From Podarcis cretensis (Eukaryota): DNA of 64,000 bases. Each line of letters opens with the position of its first letter. Position 1 is the first letter of the stretch. Below the pieces are notes generated by a model. It searched no databases. It was not told the origin of the DNA and worked only from the letters and a program-made list of their open reading frames with translations. Positions 1 through 13,184 of this stretch are shown one piece after another. The stretch spans positions 93,806,001 to 93,870,000 of the forward strand of contig OX638149.1 of NCBI GenBank assembly GCA_951804945.1. The letters are read 5' to 3'. The position numbers and the translations under genes were made by a program.

Positions 1-1086
1 TCATAAGCTAGATGCTCTTCTCTACTTAATGTCACAACCCACCACATAGTGAAGCTTGATTAATTCATTTGATTCCTGAGGGTATTGTCCTGGATTGTGC
101 CTCTTCTGAGTCCTCTTCCAGGCTAGGCACTGTACTCCATGCCAGACCAGCAGTCACTTCCAGATGCAAGCAATTGCGGAAAGTTAACTTCCTAAATAGT
201 ATTTTCTGCAGCCACAAATTCCCCATTTGGTTAGTTTGGGACTCTGCTTTAAAAGATCTGGACTGCTCTTCTATTTAAGTCACGCCAGAGGGAACGTAGC
301 ATTCTATAGCATTGGCTGTACTGGATACAAAGACCTGTGAACCTGGTAAATCCTTAGAGTTTGGTTTTCCTGTAATGTGGAAGCCTGAATTAGGCAATTC
401 TGACCTACATAGTTAACAGCAAGAGAGGTTAATTCACAGTTCATTCCCAATTTAGCACAGTAATTAGCTGTTTGTAGAACACTGTTTGTGTTTGTTTTGG
501 AGTTAAATACACATAGACATAAGCCACACTTTTAAAAATCTGCTGCACCTTTATAGAGTGAAATTTAAACTTCCTGACTTAATTTACTAAAACATAATGC
601 AAACGTTTGTTTTTTAATTGGTCAATTTTAAAGCAGACAGATGCTTCGAAAGGAACGATGTAATGAAATTATATCCATTTAACAAAATCTACTGCTTATT
701 ATTTGTTTTCCAATTAAGTGTCAGTTAAGAAGCAATTTCTGTAGGTGGGAAGAAGAGGTATAGGCATTGTTTCTAACATTATATAAAGCCCAGAGCTGTA
801 GCTGAAAAAATTGGTCCAGGATCCAGTGGGGCATTTAATCACAGCTCCATCTGCAACCAAGCGCTTTGAATGGATACTAGCTTTTTGTTAAATGTTAACC
901 CTCATTTAATCCTCTTTAATGTTCTTCTTTAACCAGGCCTTTGACTGATTGACATCCAGTGCCCTTTTAAAATATGGTGGGAGTGTTATTGGGTTGTTCT
1001 TGTTTTTGTTTTTATTATGTATGTGATTTTATGTTGTGATTTTATCTTATAGGCCCTGAGACCTATGGGTATAGGGCAGTATACAA

Positions 1087-1090
<4 letters not shown>

Positions 1091-1132
<42 letters not shown>
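1091..1132 (+). repeat. (AAT)14 microsatellite at the tail of a decayed LINE
   Basis: Direct reading. Confidence 0.95.
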
Positions 1133-1133
<1 letters not shown>

Positions 1134-1763
1134 TCTTCATCAATATGATGCACTTTCTCAGTTAAAATTATGAGTACTTCACTCTTGCAACTAAGCATAT
1201 GATGGCACACATTTTATGATAAAAAGAGGGGGAAATTAAAGCAAGCTTTTGATCAGGTACTAAAGTCCAGTTCAAACACACTCAGCCTTCTGCATGCAAT
1301 TGAAGCCCCCTCTGTGGACACACTCATGTGAACAATGTAATATGTGACCTGGGCCATTATCCGATACACCTGTAATCTCCTGACAGAGATTGCCAATAGT
1401 GACACATTATTTTTTTTGACTGCCATAGTCACAAGAATTGCCTTTGGTAGCTGTGCATGAGGGCACAAAGTGGACCTCTGGTAGCTTAATACATTTTAAA
1501 ATAATTTAATATTGAGATGACCTAAATAAGAATTCTCATTAACACATCCCTAGAAACAGACTGGATACATCGCATAATTAAGGTGCGGAACTGGTGGGAA
1601 TACACTCTTAGTTCTAGTTTTTAAGTGCACTAATAGAGTTGTTGTATAAAATGTCTTCAAAATAGTTTGTACTTTAAAAAAAAATGCACTATTGTTATTT
1701 CCTGCCACTGGGTTTCCTTTTATTAATGCTGTTTTTATACTGTTTTAAATGCCATGTTGGGTG

Positions 1764-1764
1764 G

Positions 1765-1796
<32 letters not shown>
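1764..1796 (+). repeat. (GTT)11 microsatellite
   Basis: Direct reading. Confidence 0.95.
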
Positions 1797-1797
<1 letters not shown>

Positions 1798-1913
1798 TGT
1801 ATATATTATGGTGTTAATTTTTATGGTAAGCACCTGAGAGAACTTTTTGTTGCTGGGCAGTGTCTAAATAAAATAGGTAAATAATCAAATGTGCTTTTAA
1901 AAATCTCTTGCAG

Positions 1914-2096
1914 CCACCTTGTATACTTCTGGCATCTTGTTTGGCGTCTTCTTGAACAGCAGCGTACCTATTTTCTTTGAACTTTTTGTGGAAACTGTCT
2001 ACCCTGTTCCAGAAGGGATTACTTGCGGCGTGACCACTTTCCTAAGCAACATGTTCATGGGAGTTCTTTTATTTTTTCTTACTTTCTACAATAAAG
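1914..2096 (+). CDS. SLC49A4: SLC49A4 (DIRC2) lysosomal MFS transporter, penultimate coding exon (183 nt, phase 1-1)
   Basis: Acceptor ctcttgcag|CC, donor AAAG|gtaagc. Translates (A)[60 protein letters not shown], near-identical to the recalled DIRC2 C-terminal TM region. Confidence 0.95.
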
Positions 2097-4914
2097 GTAA
2101 GCAGTATTTAGATGCTTGTGGAGTATCAATTTGTTAGCACAACGTATTTCAGCTGGGAGTTTTATTTTTGGCTTCACCAGGAAGAGGAGCTTCATGGAGA
2201 TTCTTCTGTTAACACTAATGATGTGTATAAATCCCTTAGCATTTGTAGAAGAATAGGCCTCCCTATGTGTTCGTCTTTATAAGTCTGCCAGTCAAAGATT
2301 GAAATCTTCACATAGAATTGTTCCTTTGAAGGCAGGGCAGTGGGATGCCTTTGAGATAAATACTGTGGTGGCTTAAAAAAAAAAGGACGACAAAGAACCA
2401 CGTAATGTTATGACCATTAATAACATACGTAGCTAGGCAGGCTAAAACAGCGATAAAACTAATCCAATCTCATGCTTCAGGGTCTAATCTGGTTGTTTCG
2501 GGGGGTAAGAAGAAGCATGTGGTTTCTTTTTTGTCTTCCAGACCTGGTCTTCTGACCACACTCACAATTTACAGATTGGCAAAAGAGGGGGTATCTCCCC
2601 ACTTTCCTATTTTCAGACAAGTTTCGGAAGATCGTAAACTGAGGAGGGGAGAGTTGTGGGTTATGTGTCGCTATAGTGCAGGTGAAGGGAAACTCCTTCA
2701 GTTCAAGGTCCCTCCATTTTTGACAGATGGGCAGGGCCACCCACATTTCGATCACCAGGCATCATACACCATAATTCTGGTTTCAAGCCAGCGGCAAGCA
2801 CAATCTAGTCCCGCAACACTAAAAACAGTTGATGGTCACGTGGGCCTGGTTTGTTCAAAATGGCCTGATGGATACCTTCCCAGCGCAGTGCTATAGAGAT
2901 AAAGGGTTGGCTCAACCTGAAGCCTCTGAGCTTTGCCCCTGTAGAGCACAAAGGGTGTGGAACCATCTGAAGAATGGTTTCCTTCTGAAACGTACCCTCT
3001 CATACAACAGAGAAAAAGTCTTTAGCCTAACGTACATCTTCTTGTACATCTCCCATACTTAGGTTGTATGTGTTTGCAGATGTTTGTTGTATGCATGTAC
3101 TACATGCTGTTGTTTACATGTTCATGTAAAGTGCCCTGTGTGCACATGTAAATAATGAGCCAGGAATGCAATGGCCCTTAGCTATTGGTTGAAAGGATGA
3201 ATATTTCTGCAACCTCACATATATCAGTCCTTTCCATATTTGATTTTTCTTCAGCTCTTGCTGTTCTTTCACAAGAACTGCCATAGAATCATCCTCACCT
3301 ACAATGCCATGATTCCTTGGAGGGAGAATAGAATACACACAGATTTTGCTGTTAGTGCCTCCCAGTATACACTTCTACTGGATATGCCAGCAGAGCAGAC
3401 TTACAACCCACATGATGACTGCTACTGGTGCATTGTAATGCCATAAGTTTAGTTTCTTGCTTTGAATTATTTTTTTTTAAGCGCATTCTTGTTAGCTGAC
3501 ATCATTTTCGCCAGAAAAAATGGCTTTGACATTTGAAAGCCCCATAAAGACGGTTGCCGTCTTTTAAACAAATATATAGACCACTTACGGTTGGATAGTT
3601 TCCATGTATTAATTTGGCAGTTTGAGGGAGAGGAGCATAAGGGAATGTGAGGATACTGGAAACTTTAGTGATTTTATTTAGTTGGTGTACATTCTATTCA
3701 ATGTGGTAAAAGGTAAAGCTTTTGATGGAATCGATAGCAAAAATATTAGTAGTGGGTGATGCCTAATAGAACATAAAGAGATATTTCTGAAGAAGCAGTG
3801 CTGTCTATGATATTGAGAGTTTTGCACCTTTAGCCCTGTGAGTTACTGGGATTAAACCAGACCAGTGTTTTTAGGTGGTTTTAGACCTGAGGGTACATTT
3901 AGAGTTCTGTAAAAACAGTGAACAAAGTAGGCATTTCTTCAGAAATACACATAATATTGATAGGGAGGTGGCATTTGCATTGTCCTTGCTTACTGATTAA
4001 CTTTAATAATTAACCATTGGACAGCATTGGTTTGGATTGCATCTTTTGCTGGAGAAATTACATTTGCTTGTCCTGACAAGCCAAATCAGACTGCTGTTGT
4101 TGATTAAAAAGATATTCTTTCAATACAAGACTAGGAAGGCAAAAGAATAGCTGATGGGAGTCAAAAGAATTGACTAAATGAACACACTCTGTAGATCTTT
4201 AAAAAGCACTCACAGCTCATTCTGGAATGATTTACAGACTCTGGATTTGAAATCCAATTTATAAATATGGTCTCACTGTGCTCAACTTTCCTGACACATA
4301 GCTGTATAAGCCTAATTTTCTTGTGAGCATTTGGAATTGTGGTAGGATGCAGAGATGCTCTTAATCTTTCTCCACCACAATGTCTGCAACAGCAAAGGAG
4401 TTGTGAAGACCTCATCCCATCATTGTGACTTACTTACCAAGCAAATTAAGATGGCTACAATTTAATTAATTTTGTTTTTTAAATGTTCCATGACAAAGGT
4501 TATAATCAAATCATAAATTTTGTCTCATTGTGTTTATTCCCACTGCATCTTCTTAAATCAAAATCTTTGGTGCTTTATAATGCTTTTCGTTTATGTGTAA
4601 ATAGTTTTGTTTCTGTTAGTTCTCAAGCATAACAACTAAAGACACAGAATAGGCAAGGCTGTCCTGTGTGCCCCAGTTCAGCTGGAAGAAGTCAAGCAGG
4701 GGTGCTGGTCTATTTGATCACCCCTGCTCGATTTCTTACAGTGCCCCTTTTTTCAATGAGGACAACAAGATTGCAGAGGTCTTTCTCCGAAGTGTTTGCC
4801 TTAACCTAAATTATGATGCTTTTAAAGAATTGGCTGTTTTTTATGATGAAGTAGGACATGCTTGCATCAATATTCAAGACTAATCTTTCTTCTCTTCCCC
4901 CCCCCCCCATCCAG

Positions 4915-5030
4915 AGTTCTCTTGGTTTAACTGGTGCCTGCCAGGCTCCTGTCTGCTAAGTCTTCTGCTCATCCTGTGCTTCAGGGAATCCTACGATAGA
5001 CTTTATCTCGACGTCATTGTCTCCGTTTGA
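4915..5030 (+). CDS. SLC49A4: SLC49A4 final coding exon
   Basis: Polypyrimidine tract then ccag|AG, in frame with the previous exon. Translates [41 protein letters not shown] at 5028-5030, matching the DIRC2 C-terminus. Confidence 0.95.
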
Positions 5031-8000
5031 TAGCACAAAACAGAAGGGAGCTCCAGAAAAGGATGGAAGTTAGAACCCTGCTCTGCCTCTTTCCTTTGGA
5101 AATCGAAAAGACCAAAGGTCAAAGCTAAAAAAAAACCCAAACAGTTTTAACATTGACCTTTTAACTGAACTTACAAAGTGGTTTTTAAAGTACACTTCCT
5201 AATTTCAGATTTTATTATCTTGATAACGATGGTGAGTGTTGTACTTGAATGGGAATTTGAATATTTTTTTAAAAGCACACACTCAGAAGAATGTGCGTTA
5301 GGGAGAAGCTATAGTTTATTAACTGTGAGATTTTTATTTAATAAGCTATTTAACTGGGTATACAGATTTTGTGCCAACTCAAGCCATTTACAAGATAGAT
5401 ACAAAATGAATATCTTACTTAGGGTTTAAGGGAGGAACATATTCACCATCACAAAAAAGTCTATTTTTGCAGCCTAAAGAGTCTAGTAAGAATTCTGATG
5501 TTCCAATATTTTTCCTGCTTTTTAAACAATATACTATCCCCCATGGTGTAGTATATGAAAAGACAAGTGTCACTTTGATGGCTAAATATTTGCAACGTAG
5601 TTAATCAGGGCTGAACAACTTGTTCCCTCACTATGAGTCCTCTAAGCTGTATCAAAATGAGAATAGTAGGTAGATATGAATTTATCCTTCTAGGATTTTA
5701 ACTAGGGCCAAATATTTAAAATCCATATAAATGTCTTGACATGCCCCTTGTACACTACATTTATTTTCTAATGAAGCAATTTCTAATGTTTTCTAACCAC
5801 TCCCCTTCTTGACACATTGAAGGGTCTTCTATCAGTTGGTGCTATATATTCAGTTATGTCTAAAACAATTAATTGCCTTAGTATAGGAATGACATCGGTT
5901 GTGAAGGTATCATGGGTCAGTACTACCTTTACTGGGATATTTTTAATTCATTTCTCTATCCAAATACTGCAAGCTGTCCTCCCAATGTTTTATCAAGCTG
6001 ACTGAACAAAATTTATAGCTTTTCTGGGACAAGTCACGTGTGTTTTCAAGCTAGTTTACAATTTAAAGAGTGCCTATCATGTGTGATTTTGTTTTTAAAC
6101 AGATATTCAGTGGTGGTACTTTCAGGTAACAAAATTAAATGGCAAATCAAATCGATCCAGATTTTATCTTCTATAGAAAGCTTTCGATCCAGTGGGCAGA
6201 TCCCACTGGTGGGGGCAGCATTTACCAATTTCTCTTCTCCCTCCCACAGTGTTTCAGCCCAACTCTCTGGAAGACTGAGGGAGGTGGGTGAGGCTGAGGG
6301 TGCAGGAGAGCAGGGAATCTCCCTTGTCCACCAGCAGGAGCAAAGTCTGATTCCAACTCAGAGTCTCCAGCCTTGGAACTTTGCATAACGTGGTAGTTGC
6401 AGTACTGTGTATCCTGTATTACAAGACCTATTATTTAGTTGGCTTTGTTTTCAAAAGCCAATCTAGCTCCTCCAGTTGGTTTTACAAAGCCTCACGTGCT
6501 CATGCTTTGCAAGAAATCTTATGCAAAATACATGTTGCTACCAATCCATTTGAGAGAGGGAATTGTCAACCTGTGTTTACCAAATTGTGGCCAGTATGCT
6601 TCTCTACTAACAAATATTTTTAAACACTTTCATGAGCGTTCTTATAGCTCTGTTAATACTGAGTTTTAATCCTGAGCTTGTTCTCTTCCGTTGGTCAGTC
6701 GGTCTGTGTGCACGCGCGTAAAATATGTTTGCACATACAAATCTTACGAGTGTATTTTTTAGTAGTAAATTTCCACAGTGTCGAAATTCTAATGATATAT
6801 TTAGTGCCATTGTCCATTCAAAAAGCAATCTCTTCAAGTAATGACATAGTTTACATAACACAGTTGAGTGACTTTTTTTTTTAAGAGGAGGTAACAAAGC
6901 CAACTTGCTCAGGGGCATTTGTGGATTCCACAATCTAATATTATGCTTCAGTGAGAACTTTGAATTTGGATATGTTTCACTCCTTGAAAGAAGTTCCATT
7001 CTGCCACTCTTGATTCATTTGGCCACTGTAATTCAGAAATTAAGCAATATTTCTCAGACACATGGCTTTATTCTGTTTGTCCAGTCATTTTATTCTGTGG
7101 ATAACTGAAATATTTCTTCAGTTTGCATTTAGGATCTTAAATGGAATTATTGGTGTCATTTTATAGCATCAACTTTTTGTTGTTGTTATGGTGCCATTTT
7201 GTATTCCATATTGGTTAATAGGATGTGACAGCTTGATGAACTGATCCCTGACAGCTCGTGAAAGACGAAAAACCTTTCTCTTAGAAGTACCTTTCAGCCA
7301 AAATATAGCCATTTTAATCTGCAATACAGTGGATGCTCGGGTTGTGAACATGATCCGGGTGGGATGCATGTTCGCAACCTGCAGCAGTGCGTCTGCGCAC
7401 GTGCAGGTTGCGATTTGGTGCTTCTGCGCATGCGCAAAGTGCGATTTAGCGCATGTGCAACCTCCGAAACCCAGAAGTAACCTGTTCCGGTACTTCCAGG
7501 CTTCGGAGCGTCCGTAACCTGAAAAACCGCAAACTGAAGCGTCTGTAACCCGAGCTATGACTGTATAGAAAGATTCTGATTTCCCCTCACTTTACAGGCA
7601 GGCTTTTCTGTATTTTTTTCCAAGCAGGCTTCCTCACAGCTCTTGCCACATGATTTTTCTCTTTGGGTACAACACCTACAAGGAGGAACACTTAACACCC
7701 TTTCATTGCCCAGTAGGGAACAATCTAGCTTTCATCTAATAGCAATGTCAATTAATACATCCTGGTCCCAGTTACATCAAGGTTGAACCTTCTTTTTGCT
7801 AATAAAGTGTTATCCTACTGGGACTGCAGCTGTATACATTTGAAGTACTTTCACAAGAAGCAGATGATGTTTTTTCACATACACATACCCCTCCTGGCTG
7901 CCATGTTATTTGTGTGGCATTAGCTAAAATGAGTCCATAGAATCAGGTTAGGTGTTCCCCTTGATTACGCTTTCTTTGTCATCTTCAAGGCATTTCTCAC

Positions 8001-11000
8001 TGTTGGGATTTTAGGGAAATAAATTCTCTGTGTACTCTTAATCTGCTCCCAAGAGGAGTCAAGGCACTTTTTTGTTCCTGATTTTTGTCTTACTTCTCCT
8101 GAGCACTTAAAAATGAACTAGAAGATTGGTGCAAGTAGATGTCCTCCCAGTCAGAGGGCAGCTTGGTGGCAACATCGTGACAGTATCCTTTTTTCTTCTT
8201 CTTATATTTGTGTTGTTAAAAAGAAATCTCCAACTTGTTGGCTGAGAACTAGAAAATGTGAGTAGGATCTGCTGCTTCATTTCCTGGAGTTGTACTTGGG
8301 CCAGTCACTTTTTGAACTTGGTGTCCTCATCTGATGTCTGTGAGATAATACAGGTATAACTTTATTGTCACTGTCTAGGATAAGACAGATCTGTTGTCCC
8401 ATCTTTTATGTAGTGCAGATCTCCTGCTCAGACAAGGTGGCCGCCTACTCTCACATCTCATATGTAAGGCATACTGGCATAACCTGAAGAGGTGTTATAT
8501 CCTTGTGTGTGCTGTTGAATGTGTGGGAAACATTTTGATTTTATAAAGATTGAACACACAATGCAAAATGAGCCACCTCCAGGCGTGTGCTTTACTAAAA
8601 AGGGAAGTAGATATATAGCCATTAGGTAGAATTAATGAATATGAAGGCTATACATTATACAGTGGCACAAGACAGACTATAAAGGTTCTGATAGCAGAAA
8701 TTTTGATTTGGTCATTAACCTGCTTTATAATAGTGGTAACTTCTCAAGTTGCTAGGGCAGCAAAAGTGGTTTGGAAAACACTTTTTGGATGTGATGTGGT
8801 TGCTTATACTTTTTACTCATCAATTATTTCCCAACATTAAAGTGAAAGTGACATGATTGGCTAGATAGGTACATACAGCAATTGTATAGGAATGGTTAGG
8901 GTTATATATAGACTATCATGAAGACACCGAAGAGAAGTTCTTCCATGCAAGTTCTGTTGAAGTGAATAGGAGCAGCACAATCTTATGTTGACCCCCTTCA
9001 TTCAGTGTAACTTGTACAGGAGAAATTCCCAGTGGACTATATCTTATCTAACCTTGTGCTCCAGGCAGCCTGCACAATATGTTCCCTAATAAATTAGTGA
9101 AGTTTTATTATCTGTTAGACATTTGCTTGGTCTCATTCAAATGAGTAGATCTGCCCTTGTTTTTAATGAGTCAGGAATATGAACTCTTCTCAGAGCAGTC
9201 TTACATCGATTCTCTCTAAATGTCTAAATATTGAAATGATAATATAATGATTAAATTTAGATCAGTATTTTATCAGTTAACAGTGAAAGGCACTGATTGC
9301 CATTCTAATTACATCCCATAGTTTGATGCTAGAGCCACACTTACTTGGGAATTTGGTATCATTCAAACAAATTTAATTTCGAGTAAACGTGTTAAGAATT
9401 TACGTGCCAGAGTGTTAAAAATAGGTTCCTGAGAGAATGCACCAAATCTTTTTATCATTGATCATTTCCAGCTTGGGGGAAAAGAATGCCCACCTCTGTC
9501 TGTGCTCGGTGACTTGCGTCCTGCCTAGAAGTTCAAACAAGATAAGCATGTGGAATTATTTCCGCATGTGAAATGGAAAATACTGGTCAATGCGGCTGCG
9601 TTATGCATGCAGAAACAAATGAATAAGGTCTGTGACATTTAATCACGTAATCAGTTAATCAAAATATTTTGATCAAATGAACACACACACACGGTAATTA
9701 TAAGTACTGTTGATGACCAATTCCATCATAGAAGTATTTCCAGCCCTTGTGTGAGAGAATGGGGAGTCCCTTTTCTAAGATGATGTGCGCTACCGCACAC
9801 GTTTTTATTTAGAACTACTGGGTTCTATCCCATGTTGCATGAGCTCTTTCTCTTTGCCCTCTCTACAGGCCACTGTGCCTGCAAAAATCCTCTCCAAAGG
9901 GCTGGGAGAACCTGCCCAACATTGAGAGTTGTCCTCTGGGGCTGCAAGGGGTTGCAGGGTGCTGGCGGGGGGAGCAAGGTGTTGAGTGAGATTGCCTTCT
10001 GCTTATGCCATGTTGGGTGCAACCCTTAGTTTCTCATATGCAATAATTGTGCAGATTTGACTAATTCTTTAATTATTTGACTAAACCTGAGTTCATTATT
10101 GATATTTTAATTGGTGGCAGCCCTATTCTAAGATAAAAATTCCACTCCACCCCCAGATCCAAGATTTTTGCATTAAGAAGCAGCCATACATTATTTCAAA
10201 TACACTAACATACTTTATTCTAACTGAATTGTGTATTTTTAAAAGAAAATATAGATAAAAACCAATTTTTGTGTGTTATATTTGAATGAATGAAATAAGT
10301 AAATAAATAAATAGAAGAAAATGTAGATAATTGCAGTAGGCTATGGTAAAGGGCATGTTAGGAAAGCGTCATGGTCTGGGTTTGTATGAGGAAATCAATG
10401 AATCTTTGTTACGGCATGGAAAACACAATTGTATAGTAGAAGTCTGCACTGCCAGCCCTGGAAATGGGCCAAGATCCTCTTTAACCCAGGCAAGAAGACC
10501 ACTGACTGAAATGAGAAGTACTCTGTACCAAACAATGAATTCAGAAACTTACATAAATTAATAGGCTTTGATGTTGTACGATATATTCCTATCTGTGCTA
10601 GTGATTGAGAGGTTCAAGGAGCTGACAATAGACTGCCCTCTAACTCTGGCTTTTGAAATTTCACCCTCCATTGCCAACACTTTTTGAAGCATATCTTCAC
10701 AACCAGAAAGGCTTGGATTTTATTCTTTTAAAGAAGAAAAGCTTAATTCTTTTTGGCAGTGCCATGTTGAGTGGCTTTTCTGTTCTATGCAATGACAGCA
10801 TATGCATGGGTCCTTCCTTTGGGTTTCTGAACACGTAGCAGAGTCTTTTTTACATTTTCTGTTTTCCCCCTCCAGTGCAAAGCGACCTAGGAGCCTGAGA
10901 GTTTCAGGATCAAACCCCCTCTACAGTTTGCCTTCATTGCACTCCACATTTTTTGTACCGGTTAGGGCACTTTGCATTCTTTCTGTATTTGTATCTGCAA

Positions 11001-11925
11001 TGTGTCAGATATGGGAAGAATTGATGCTAGTGTCAGGATTTCCCAATGTGAGCTGGAGAGGTTTATTGCTATCTCCCATGAGCCTTCAGTTGTCCAACTT
11101 GAGATCTTAAAATCCATATTTTTGTTTCATTTGGATATACAGCTGCAGGTTCTGAAACAACACAATCCATTAAATAATGAGAAAGTGTTTGGTAAACTGG
11201 GTCACACAGGTGTTGAGGAGTATTGGCTTGAGCTGTGGTGAAATGTCAAAAATACTTTGGTCTGATCTTAGGTTGGTTGTCCTTTGCTTAAGGTTCACGA
11301 CAAACCTCAATTCAGTAACTCCACATTTAGCTTAACTAATTTTTTACAGCCACTGTTTTCTCATGTCTAAGCTTTTCTTTGAACTCAACTTTTTTATATG
11401 CATGTAGTCGTTCACCTGTCAGAATTCTGCATGTTCTGCGATATGCAGTATCCTCACCTTTATGTTTCAGAGAAAGTTTTATATATTAAAATGCATGGAT
11501 TTTTAATTACATCTCAGGATTTGTTTTAACTAGGCCTGGTGGTGTGAACCTGTAGTAAAAACGATTCCCTTGCATTTGTGGGTATGACTTTTGTAAATCT
11601 AACCTGAAATTGTAAAAACAAATACATAGAACATAAAATGATATCATTAGGATTTGTAAGCATTTTGCTTTTTGTAATTTTGTAGAAAAAATGATATTTT
11701 TATTTTAGGGCAAGTTCTACTTTTGTATGTAATATGCTGACATGGGGCACAATCTGTCAGAGGCATATCCTGCATTCATCTCATGGAAATAAATTTAGAG
11801 GTGTGGTCCTGCCCTATTCCCATTCATTTATTTTACCTTTGGAACTTAAGTAGGACAGGTTTCTCATGGATTGTGTCTGTGATGTCTTTTATTTTTTAAT
11901 AAAACTTATTTAAAACCCACTGTCT
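5031..11925 (+). other. SLC49A4: Putative SLC49A4 3' UTR (end uncertain)
   Basis: Follows the stop codon. Candidate poly(A) signals are AATAAA at 7801-7806, AATAAA at 11898-11903 (preceded by a U-rich, TGTA-rich zone at ~11550-11730) and ATTAAA at ~12029. The true end cannot be fixed from sequence. Confidence 0.35.
7327..7563. mobile_element. Tc1/mariner (Tigger/pogo-type) MITE
   Basis: Flanked by TA at 7325-7326 and 7564-7565. Imperfect TIRs CAGTGGATGCTCGGGTTG / TAACCCGAGCTATGACTG; CpG-rich interior. Confidence 0.8.
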
Positions 11926-12790
11926 AATGCATCTAGAAACGTAAACTTCACCTATCACTTTGGAGTTCTCTTTAAACTGGAATCTTGCTGTAAGTGTTTG
12001 GTGTTAACTTGTGTAATACTTGATACACATTAAAAAGGTTAATTGTAGCTTGTGAGTCATCTTTTGTGCTTGGATGCCATATAATATCCTAGAGCGATGT
12101 TAATATTCATTGAGGTATCTGCTGCTGGCTTTGTTGTGGAGGATTCCAACATGGCTTTTTGTCATATGTCTGTTGGCAAGAGATGCAAGCTTAGGAACAG
12201 GTTTAACAAGGGATCGTTTTCCAGGTCATTGTACAAATGGCAGCTGCCAGAAGAACTGGACATGCAATTTTTTGGTGTATTGTCAAAACTCAAAAATAAG
12301 CTGGGCTTTTCTCAAGACAGTTCCATGAGATGATCTTCCAAATCACAAGCAACAGAATCTTTGTTTCTTGTTTCAGAATTGGCCTCAAATTATCCCATCA
12401 AGGGCTGGTTTTTGTGACAAGCTGTGTCTTGTAAACAAAAAAAAGCTACTGTTCTGTTCTTTAATCTATAAGATGATGATTCAGGATTTAGATAAAGCTT
12501 GTAAAAACACCTGTCTGTAATTATGGTTTTAATGTGTGTGGGGTTGTTGTTTTTTTTTAAAAAAAGTTTACATGTTTTGTTATATTTATTATGTATTTTC
12601 CTCAGAGTATTTGTTTAACCTAGAAAAATGTACAACATTTATGTCTGATATGATGAGTCACAGTCATTTCTGACTTGGAACAAAAAATATCAAGGTGATG
12701 CCTCAGATTTCATCTAACACTGATTCTGTTGATGTGAACTTTTTCAAATGGGATGGCTTTAATAGTAACCTGGTAAACTCAGGTAAACTA

Positions 12791-13184
12791 GGGACGCAGG
12801 TGGCGCTGTGAGGGACGCAGGTGGCGCTGTGGGTTAAAGCCTCAGCGCCTAGGGCTTGCCGATCGAAAGGTCGGCGGTTCGAATCCCTGCGGCGGGGTGC
12901 GCTCCCGTCGTTCGGTCCCAGCGCCTGCCAACCTAGCAGTTCGAAAGCACCCTCGGGTGCAAGTAGATAAATAGGGACCGCTTACTAGCGGGAAGGTAAA
13001 CGGCGTTTCCGTGTGCGGCTCTGGCTCTGGCTCTGGCCAGAGCAGCGATGTCACGCTGGCCACGTGACCCGGAAGTGTCTCCGGACAGCGCTGGCCCCTT
13101 GCCTCTTAAGTGAGATGGGCGCACAACCCCAGAGTCTGTCAAGACTGGCCCGTACGGGCAGGGGTACCTTTACCTTTACCTTTA
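12791..13184 (+). mobile_element. Full-length Sauria (Squam1) SINE, young subfamily, with duplicated 5' end
   Basis: tRNA-like head with A box TGGCGCTGTGG and B box GGTTCGAATCC, CpG-rich body, (ACCTTT)3 tail. TSD TAAACTCAGG at 12774-12783 and 13183-13192. Confidence 0.93.

Noticed and set aside
12793-12829. CTCF-like GCAGGTGGCGC within the duplicated SINE head
   Set aside because: It lacks the 5' CC(A/G) of the core motif, and the match is explained by the Pol III A box.
12812-12890. tRNA-like A and B boxes
   Set aside because: This is the head of a Sauria SINE that continues into the SINE body and tail, not a tRNA gene.
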